A stretch of DNA of 64,000 nucleotides from the human T2T-CHM13v2.0 reference genome, Homo sapiens. The stretch lies in assembly GCF_009914755.1 (NCBI RefSeq), contig NC_060927.1. One strand, written 5' to 3'. The position numbers and the translations under genes were made by a program. Positions 54,443 through 64,000 of this stretch are shown in pieces (the first letter of the stretch is position 1; each line of letters starts with the position of its first letter). The notes beneath the pieces are model-generated. The model searched no databases, was not told the DNA's origin, and worked only from the letters and a program-made list of their open reading frames with translations.

Positions 54443-57344
54443 TTTCATTTAAGTTACTTTTGCTCTTCTACTATTTAATACTAAGAGTTTCTCAAATGTA
54501 ATCTATACAGTGAGCCACGTGAGAGCTCCTAAATGTATTACAGTTACACAAGAAACTAAACTGTTCTCAAGATGTTCATATCTGGTTACAGGAATGGAAC
54601 GAGTACAACTGTACCCAAAGGTGCAGAAACTGGCCTCAAATTCCACCCTTGGTGCTAACTAGCAGCAAAACGGAGAGAGAAGCGCTCTCCAACCACTAGT
54701 CGGTCTTGCTATTCTTTGACCTTGTCAGGGTGATATTGTCAGATTTATCAAGTGAGGCTATAATTGCTCTTGAGTATAGGGACTATGTCTTATTCATCTT
54801 TTCATCCCTTGGGCCCAAGAGGGTGCCTTGATGTCTAGGCTTTCAGGAAATGACTGCTGAATCAATGTTTCAATTAATGTCAAGTTGAGCTTCCTGTGAA
54901 TCCTGTAACCCTAGTTTTACTCATCTCACAAAAAAGGAGATATGGAACTGGTTTTGCATACTGATGAAAGCTTTTTAATGTCATAAAGAATGAAACAGAG
55001 ACTCGCTTAAGGTATCTGTTAAAATACCATGGATTCCATGAGAAGGCAGGGGAGAGATTCTAATGGTAGGTGTAAGAAAGACCCCCATAATAAATAGATT
55101 CTTTTTGAAAGTGTGGTAATACTCTCCCTTGTAAGAAGAGTGCTTTTTAGATAAAGAAAAGGAACATCACAGCAACAGAAAAGATACATTGAATGACACA
55201 TCATTGCAATTAAGAAAGCCGATTTCTAAAGAAACATGAGAGAGGGAGAGACAGAGAAATGAAAAGATGAAAACATTCCCCAGGATTAATTCTTACCCAA
55301 GGCACATAATATACGCAGCCTCTGAATCGCCTTAATTCATCTCTGTCTGTTGTCCTGATTCAGAAGATAGAGTGGCTCAGTTAAATTGAAATTGAGTTAA
55401 CCTGACAACCAAAGAGTGGCATTGTTACTGGCTGAAAATCATTAATTTTGATGTGATAAATTCCTTTCTAATGGGGGCATTTTTATTATCTTTGGTGTTT
55501 TTGTTTTGGTGGCTTTTTCCAATAATGTCAATATTTCAAGTAAGCCAGAGGAGAAACAAAACAGCCTTGCACTCCTTTTCTCATTATGATTAGATTTTAA
55601 AAACTCCTTGCTGTCCTGGTCTGCTTAAGGTAAAATGAAAAATTAATAGGATCAAGAATACATCAAAATTGTGATTGTAATGCAGTGATTAATTCTGCGG
55701 TTTTATCAGCATATAACTATGGATGCAATTGTGAAGCATACTACACTTGGAGATTAGTTGGACATTTAAACCTATTGGATATAAAACCCAGTCATCTGAC
55801 AAAACCTTAATCAGCAGATGTTCCCCTTTGGTAGCCTGCTATAAAAATCAGTGTCTTTTCTTCCCGGAAATTCAAATATGCATTTCTTGTTTAGGCACAA
55901 TCGTTCCCAACCTTGACTTAATATTGTCATCTCTTAGGGAGCTTTTAAAAAAAATACTGTTGCTCTCTAGTGATTTGTACTTAATTGGTCTGTGGTGCAG
56001 CTGGGCGATGGGATTTTTTTTTAAGAGCCCCGGGTAGGTGATTTTACTACTTACCCTAACTTCACAGGGACTTCTTTAGATGTGTACGGTTGTCAGATCA
56101 GAAGATTAAAATCAAAAGCGTTAACTGAGAAATCCCTCACAACAACATGATGGCAAGTTGATTTCCTCTTGTATGGCAACTTCATAGACTGGGAGTGGCT
56201 TCTTGGAGCACAATATTGAAAAAGATATTAAAGCCATATGTGGTCTCGGTGGCATATGGTGCTGTGATCTACTAAGGATGGGGAAGAATGCATGGTGCTC
56301 TAAATGCTATGTGTTGCTCCACTCAGAATTAGCAAATATGTAAGTATTTAAATTTTGTTTAATTCAGGCAAAATTTATATTTAATAAATAATCCCAATTC
56401 ACCAAGGAATCAGCAAACTTGTTTTCTAATCCAGGTGTTTTGAAGCGAAAATTCTCTTTGTCTTGATTTTTTTTTTTTTTGCTTTCTCTTTTCTTTAACT
56501 TACACAATTTCAACCTTGATCAGGTGTCGGTAGAGAATATGAATATTGATTAAAAGGTCTTAAAACACTCCCTTTGGACTTCGAACTTCTAGAAGTCAGG
56601 AATTGTGTTTTAAAATCTTTGTATCCCTAGCATGTAAAACTGGGTCTGGCATGTGAGTGCCAATATAAATAGTCATTGCATTCAAATGGCTCAAGTCCAC
56701 TTTCTGAAGTACTTGTCTTCTTACTTTTTTAAAAAAGTCACTTCGGCTTTGTAAATTTCCTTTTTTTATTGCTTTACGTTTGTGTTTGCTTATTTGGACA
56801 TTGTCTTGGCACTGCTGATTACTGGCCCAACTAAAGAGCTGTGCCTCATGCACTGCTCCATCTTCATCCTAATTCCTCTGTGAGATTCATATTCTTAGAA
56901 TTTGGAAATACCTTGCTCTCTTTGTAATTTCAGCCCACGATGGTTCCTTAGTGACAACTCAGCATGGCTCCCTGGTCCCATCATGTTGGGTAAGAAGAAA
57001 AAGTTTCCAAGGGAATTGTCTTTGGTTAAGTCTTCCCTAAGCAAACAGCAGATTCTCTCCTCCACGTATTTTTTTTTTCTTCTTTATCATTTCATAGAAT
57101 GTCCTCTTCTCTTACAGCTGTGGGACTAGGGAGTAAATGGTGGCATTTAATATGCAAAAGTTATGGGTGGTATTTAAGTTTATAATTACTGTTGTATATG
57201 GAAACTGTAGGAAAAAATCAAGTGTGGCCAAGTGTTTATAGTCAGGGAAACTTTTGCTTTCAGTCTGATAACCTTCCTGTACTGTCCTGGTTTCCTTTTG
57301 GTCCTGCTGCACTGACTCCTGGGCTGTCAGTCTGTGGGGTAGGT

Positions 57345-57880
57345 TGTCTTTTCCAAGGTGGGCCTCATGGTCACCCACTTTTCATTCTCTTCTGCAGTGT
57401 GACCTGACCACTCCCTTAACAAGACGCCAGGTCTATTTCTCCACTTTCTTGAATCCAGGCAGCTTCTGTACTGCTTTGACTAACAGATCTGGTGGAAGTA
57501 ATGCTGTGTCTGTTTTGAGCATAGCCTTAGCTGTCTTGGCAGCTTCATGTTTCTCCCCCTTGGAAGCCAGCAATCTGATATGAATCATGTCTATCTTGAG
57601 GCTCCCATGCTGTGAAAGGCCTGAGCTAGTGTGGAGATGCAATGTAGTGAGAAAGAGAGAGACAGAAGTCCAGGTGCACCAATGTGTCAGAGTGTGAGTA
57701 AAGAGTCCTTGACAGTGAATTCTTCAGCCCCAGCCACCCCAGCTGATGCCACGTGATTCAAATTCAAACAGCTTAGCTGAGACCTTGTTGAATTCCTGGC
57801 GCAAAGATTCTGAGCAAGATAAACGTGAACAAATTAAATCACAACGTTTAGAATAGTTGTGCAGGAATAGCTAACAGGAA
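57345..57880 (+). mobile_element. MLT1-type LTR
   Basis: tctatttctccac...tgctttgactaacaga...ccagctgatgccacgtg...tgaattcctg...gctaacaggaat. Confidence 0.7.
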
Positions 57881-57994
57881 TGGGCTCTGGGCAATTCTTT
57901 TGAGCTTGTGTATTCTGTCTGCAATGCTGTGCTCACTGCCTAATGACCTTTATAAAAATACAAGTTTCGAATCTCCAATGATTGACCATATGGC

Positions 57995-58215
57995 CACAGT
58001 ATTTCTGGAGTCACAGAGATTGCCTTGACTCTCTGCTTCACCTTGTACTAGGTGTGTGAACTTGGACATATCATTTCCCTTTTCTGAAACTCAATTTTCT
58101 TGTTTTGTAAAATAGAGTAATTAATACATAGTAACAGTGTTGGGGTTAAACATAAAATATTGCATATAAAGCACTGAGCACAATGCTTAGCTCATCTTGA
58201 GTGCTCAGTAAGTGG
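57995..58215 (+). mobile_element. MIR SINE
   Basis: ctggagtcacag...tctgaaactcaattttcttgttttgtaaaat...gtgctcagtaa. Confidence 0.7.
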
Positions 58216-58882
58216 GAGTTGTTTAAAAAAAAAAAAAAAAAAAACCCTGCAAAATCATGGCAGTTTTCTCCTTTTTGTTCTGCTGATTATTGGCCCAAAT
58301 AACAGCTGTGTCTCACGCACTGCTCCATCTTAATCCTAGTTCCTCTGTGAGACTCATATTCTTAGATTTTGGAAATACCTTGTTCTCTTTGGAATTTCAG
58401 CCCGTGATGGTTCCTTAGTGACAACTCAGCATGGCTCCCTGGTCCCATCAAGTTGGGTAAGAGGAAAAAGTTTCCAAGGCAATTGTCTTTGGATAAGTCT
58501 TCCCTAAGCAAACAGCAGATTCTCTCCTCCACGCTTTTTTTTTCTTTATCATTTCATGGAATGTCCTCTTCTATTACAAATGTGGGACTAGGGAGTAAAT
58601 GGTGGCATTTAATATGCAAAAGTTGTGGGTGGTATTTAAGTTTATAATTACTGTTGTATATGGAAACTGTAGGAAAAAATCAAGTGTGGCATTTGAAGGC
58701 AAGAGTTGGCTGAATTCCATACGATGTCATTGGCTTTTATTTTAAGCATCTTATTTCCTCAATTATCTGTGAGCGCCTTAAGTTCAGAGACAATGTTATC
58801 TACTGTGTGTGTTTGCAGCCTTTTCATAATTCTGAATACATGAAACATTTATTTGAATAAAATATACACTCAAATAAATAGA

Positions 58883-59650
<768 letters not shown>

Positions 59651-59770
59651 CAGGTTGAACATCCCTAATCCAAAAATCCAAAATCTGGATACCACAAGTG
59701 GAAAATTCCACACTTGACCTCATGTTAGATTGCAATCAAAACACAGTTTACTCTGTGTCTCCAACGGAAA
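59651..59770 (+). mobile_element. Tigger4/MER46-like fragment
   Basis: TA|caggttgaacatccctaatccaaaaatccaaaatc TIR; ccacaagtggaaaattccacac. Confidence 0.7.
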
Positions 59771-59779
59771 AAAAATAAA

Positions 59780-60960
59780 AGACTTCATTTGGCTGTCTGG
59801 GAGGCACTCCCTCTAGGATGTTCCTCCTTGTCTGTTTCTCCCTTGGCCACTTCTAAAGTGCTTATAGGTGCTCATTCTGCACTTTTCCAGCCTGCTTGCT
59901 GCTAGTGCAGGTTTTGAGCCCTTGGGATATTTTATAACTTGAGCTGTTAAAGACATCTTAAGGCCAGGCCAATAGTTTCATTGACAATACAATTCTCTGA
60001 AAAACTTAGTGGGCTTTGGATCTATCTGCTTCTAGGAAGCTCTGGGTGGCAGCAACTATGCCCTAAGTTTTTGCCTAGATATGTCTCCCATGTTTCTTTT
60101 CTTCCTTGTCCTCATGTTTCTTTCTGTCAGATTAATGGCATTTATCATGAGGCTATCTGAAACAAAAGAGTTGGGTAAAAATATAACAACCTTAATCTAT
60201 ATTTCTCACAAGGCTTAGTTCCTATGTTTCTTTTAACTGAGAAGTCTTAATGGGCCTTCTTTAAATTGTCTCCTATTCTTTGTAGTCCAGAAGAATGAAA
60301 ACTGTTTCTTCAACCCTATAAATTTCTTTGATTTCTGCCTGCAAATGGTTGCTTGTGATTTCTTGCTGTAAGCGGCAAGAAACAATCAACAAGCACTAAT
60401 ATTCTAGCTCATTCAATCTGCTGCTTCCAGAACAGTATGTTCAGTATGTACTCAATCTTCCTTTGAAGTGATTTTAGGTGATGGTTTTACCACACATTTC
60501 TCCATCTTTCTAAACTGTGAAATCTATTCCTATGCTACCTGTTGCAAATCCAAAGAGTTCTACATTGCTATGCATTTTATCAGTTTGTTAAAGCAGTACT
60601 TCACTGGAAAGTGCTAATTCCCATATTAGACAGGATAGATGGGACGACTTTAACATACAGATCTAAAAATATAAAATGGTTCAAACACACACACAGTTTA
60701 TTTCTTGATTATATATCTATCCCAGACAGGCATAATTTGAGTGGCTTTGCTCGTTAGAGTGATTATAAGATATTGGCTCTCCTTCCACCCTAAGGTTACA
60801 CCACCTCTGAGGCCTCAAGAAGAAAAACGAAACTGGAGAAGTCATAAGATTTTCACTCACATATTATTGGCTAGAGCTTAGTTACATGATTATTATTTAG
60901 CTGCAAGGCTGGCCGGGACACGTGGTCCAGCCATGTGGGCAGGCACAGAGGGATGAGAAT
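59780..60960 (-). mobile_element. Decayed MLT1 internal plus LTR remnant
   Basis: cttagtgggctttggatctat, ctatctgaaacaa, tagttacatg...tagctgcaaggctgg resemble old MaLR sequence. Confidence 0.45.
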
Positions 60961-61179
60961 TGGAGCAGTGGTAGCTTCTCCTCCATGCCATCTTTACCCA
61001 GGTGAGCCCCAGTTTCACCCTGAGTTTCTCACTTGTCCACTTGGTTGTTTCATACTCCTCAGAACAAAATCTTCTATCTCAGCAAATGGCATAATTATCC
61101 ACTGAATTGCTCCAGCCGGAAACTTGAGAGTCCCTTCCCTAACTCTCCCGTCCAGTTCATTACATCTCCTGTCTTTTGT

Positions 61180-62620
61180 TCATTTATTTCAAACACAGGT
61201 AAGCAGAATTTAATGAATTATAATGCTTGGTTTATGACACCCTCTGTGGCCTTCCCGATACCATCCTCCTACTTCCCCATCTGAAGATAACTAGCTTTAA
61301 TCTTTTCTTTGCTTTTTCTTATTACATTTTATCACATATATATGTATTCCCAAAAGCAGGTTATTTAATTTTTTGAATATTTGTAAAAAGAGAGACTACT
61401 TGTAATCTTCTGGGGCTTTTTTTTTTTTTTTTTTTCCTGAGACAGGGTCTTTCTGTATCAGCCAGGCTTTGGAGTGCAGTGGTATGATCATGGCTCATTG
61501 CAGCCTCATACTCCTGGACTCAAGTGATCCTCACACCGCAGTCTCCCAAGTGTAGGCACATGCCACCCCACCACGACCAGATCATTTAATTTAATTGTTT
61601 GTTTGTTCGTTTGTTTGTATTTTGGTAGAGGCATGGTCTCACTATGTTGCTCAAGCTGTCCTTGAACTCCTGACTCAAGTGATCTTCCTGCCTTGGCTTC
61701 CCAAAGTGCTGGGATTACAGGCATGAGCCAGCACACCCAACCAGGACTTTGAACTTCATATTGCAATGTTAATATCTCTCCATGATAATGAATGTCCCTA
61801 TGGTTTTTAAAAAATATCGACAGTCACACAATATTTCAAATACATCACATTTTATTCATTCTTTCATCAGGCATTTAGGTTGCTGTTACAAACATTACAA
61901 TTTTTTTACATTCGTGTGTTTATTTACCACGTGCATTTACAAATCTCTCTTGTGTATGTACCTAGAGGAAATTTCCTTGCTTTTAGGATATGTAAATGTT
62001 TCAGTTTACAAAATTGTTCTAAATTGTTTTCCAAAGTGAAGGTCTCAGTTTATGCTTTTGTCAGCAAGGTTTAAAAAATATTGATGCTTTATGTTTCTTC
62101 CAACATTTGGTATTGTTATATTTCCTAATTATCGTCAATAGATTTTTAAAAAAATAATGCTCCCTTACCATAGTTTCAGTTTGTATTCACCTGATAGTAT
62201 TTATATGAACACCTACTCATATGTTTACTAGCATATATGTTTGTTTGAAGAATGCCTCTTCACGATTTATCTGGAGTTTCATTTGAATTTTCCATGAAGA
62301 TTATTATGTTATCTGCAAATAGTGAACATTTTATTTCTTCTTTTTCAATTGTTATGCCTTAAATGTCTTTTTCTATCTTATTTTGCCAGCTAGAACATCC
62401 AGTGCAATGTTGAGTTGAATGGTACAAAATCTTATTCTAATTCTGACTTTAAAGAAAGTGCTTTAAACACTTCTCCATTTAGGTTGTTATTTGTTATTGC
62501 TGTTGTTTGATAGAAACCCTTTATCAGGTTGAAGACTTTTTTTTATTTCAAATTTACTAGGAATTTTTGAATTGTGAAATTATTTTCAATTTTATTAAGT
62601 GATTCTTCTGCATATTTTGA
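61180..62620 (-). mobile_element. Old L1ME-like 3' region
   Basis: T-rich antisense L1 motifs (ccaacatttggtattgt; ttatctgcaaatagtga; ccctttatcaggttgaag). Confidence 0.65.
61417..61745 (-). mobile_element. AluJ-type SINE
   Basis: poly-T, gagacagggtct...tcccaaagtgctgggattacaggcatgagcc. Confidence 0.92.
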
Positions 62621-64000
62621 AATTACATTACGGATGCAAAAATAAGTAATATATTTTTCAGGTCCTCAGAGAGATTGGAATTAACAGTAGGGGGAAAGTA
62701 CACAAATGCACATGCAGTTGCATATACCCAGTAAACCTGTAAAACAAATGAACAGGGTTGTTAATTTTTCCAAAAATTTCCTTTGAAAAATTATCTTGTA
62801 GAAGGTGGCGCTTAATATGGGCCTTGAAGGATGAATACATTTTAACAGAAAGTTAAGACATGGGATGAAGGGAAAGAAGGAAAGGTCTTTGTTGAAAGGT
62901 CTGTTCTAGGTAAAGATATACAGTTACGAAAATGAATGATGAATGCTAACTGATCATTTGGCTGAATCAAAGAATGCAAAGAAAAATATCAGCTACATCT
63001 GTTGATACCATATTTTAGAAAACAACACATTTAAGAATAATAATTCTAAAAAGAAATGTCACTGAAACTGTATTTTAAAAGTTAGATATTTTAGGTAGAT
63101 AAATCTAGCATCATACTGTGTGTTCCAGAAAACACATGCTGCTCTTAAAAAGGGGTTTCATTGTCAAGAAATTTGGTAAATACTGCATATTGCACTCTAT
63201 AATCTATATTATGATATTAAAAGCTCTAAGATTTCCTGCAATTTAATATACTTTTTAGTCTACATTTTTCAAACACATTTGATACCGAAAATCTGAATAC
63301 ACCTTGGGTAATGTATCGAAGGATTTTCTTTTGAAAGTCAGTAGTACTGGGTAGCAAATTGGTTTATTAGGGAAGGAAGAAAAGTAGAAAAGGAGGGAAG
63401 AAAGATGCAAAGATTATACTAGGTTTTGTAAAGTGGTAAATGGAAAAATGAAGACATTAAGCAAAAATAGAGAAAATAGAGTGGGAGGTTTAATTCAGTT
63501 TGAGCTAGTACACTTTGGCGTTACTTCTGAGAATTTCAAGTGATTTTCAGCAAGCAGCTGAACATATATGTCTCTGAGGGACAGAATAGAGATTTGGAGT
63601 CACACATATGAAGCTAATGATGAGAGGGAATATGAATCCGCAATGAGAAAATGATACGAAATCAAACATCCACTTCAGAAAAAAGTTATTAGGGAACAGT
63701 TACAATTACAGGAACAAGAAGAAGAAAATAAGCGAGTAAAGTGGGTGAATAAAAACAAAAATAAGCCAAAACAAAAAATCCAAACAGCCCAGGAGAAAAA
63801 TCTATAGGTCAGTGTCCTGGAACACATAGGAATATTGCGGAATAGTTGTGGATGAAGAATAGTCTTTATCATTTTCTTAGAATTCATTTTCATTTTCTTT
63901 AGAATAACTGCAGATTTCAGAATATTCTATTTTTATTAAGCTTGGGTTTTGAAGTCTGGCTTTATCTAAAGACGTCTGTTCATTGTGGGTTATGAACTAA

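Larger units (their letters stand above)
56812..58690. repeat. ~415-bp direct duplication (56812-57228 and 58280-58690)
   Basis: Colinear copies from ctgctgatta to aaatcaagtgtggc, roughly 90%+ identical by eye. Confidence 0.95.

Overview
This 64 kb window looks like repeat-rich, AT-rich primate (human-like) non-coding DNA, judging by its Alu, THE1, MST and L1PA content. I find no intact protein-coding gene; the ORF-track entries are transposon remnants or chance ORFs. The most interesting element is a ~7.5 kb ancient two-LTR provirus on the minus strand (12539-20067) inserted in an old L1. Its gag/pro/pol are class III (ERVL/HERV-S-like). It also keeps a recognisable env remnant (SU motif, heptad repeat, CKS-17-like ISD, CX6CC-like motif, TM), a possible dUTPase-like segment and a degenerate tRNA-Ser-like PBS. 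Outside annotated repeats there is a 75-nt pre-miRNA-like hairpin with six G-U pairs, all on one strand (7226-7300). There are also three local duplications of similar age: a 95-bp inverted repeat with a template-switch signature, an 84-bp tandem repeat, and a ~415-bp spaced duplicate holding a candidate 56-nt exon in both copies. Repeat subfamily names come from memory of consensus sequences and need RepeatMasker/Dfam confirmation.
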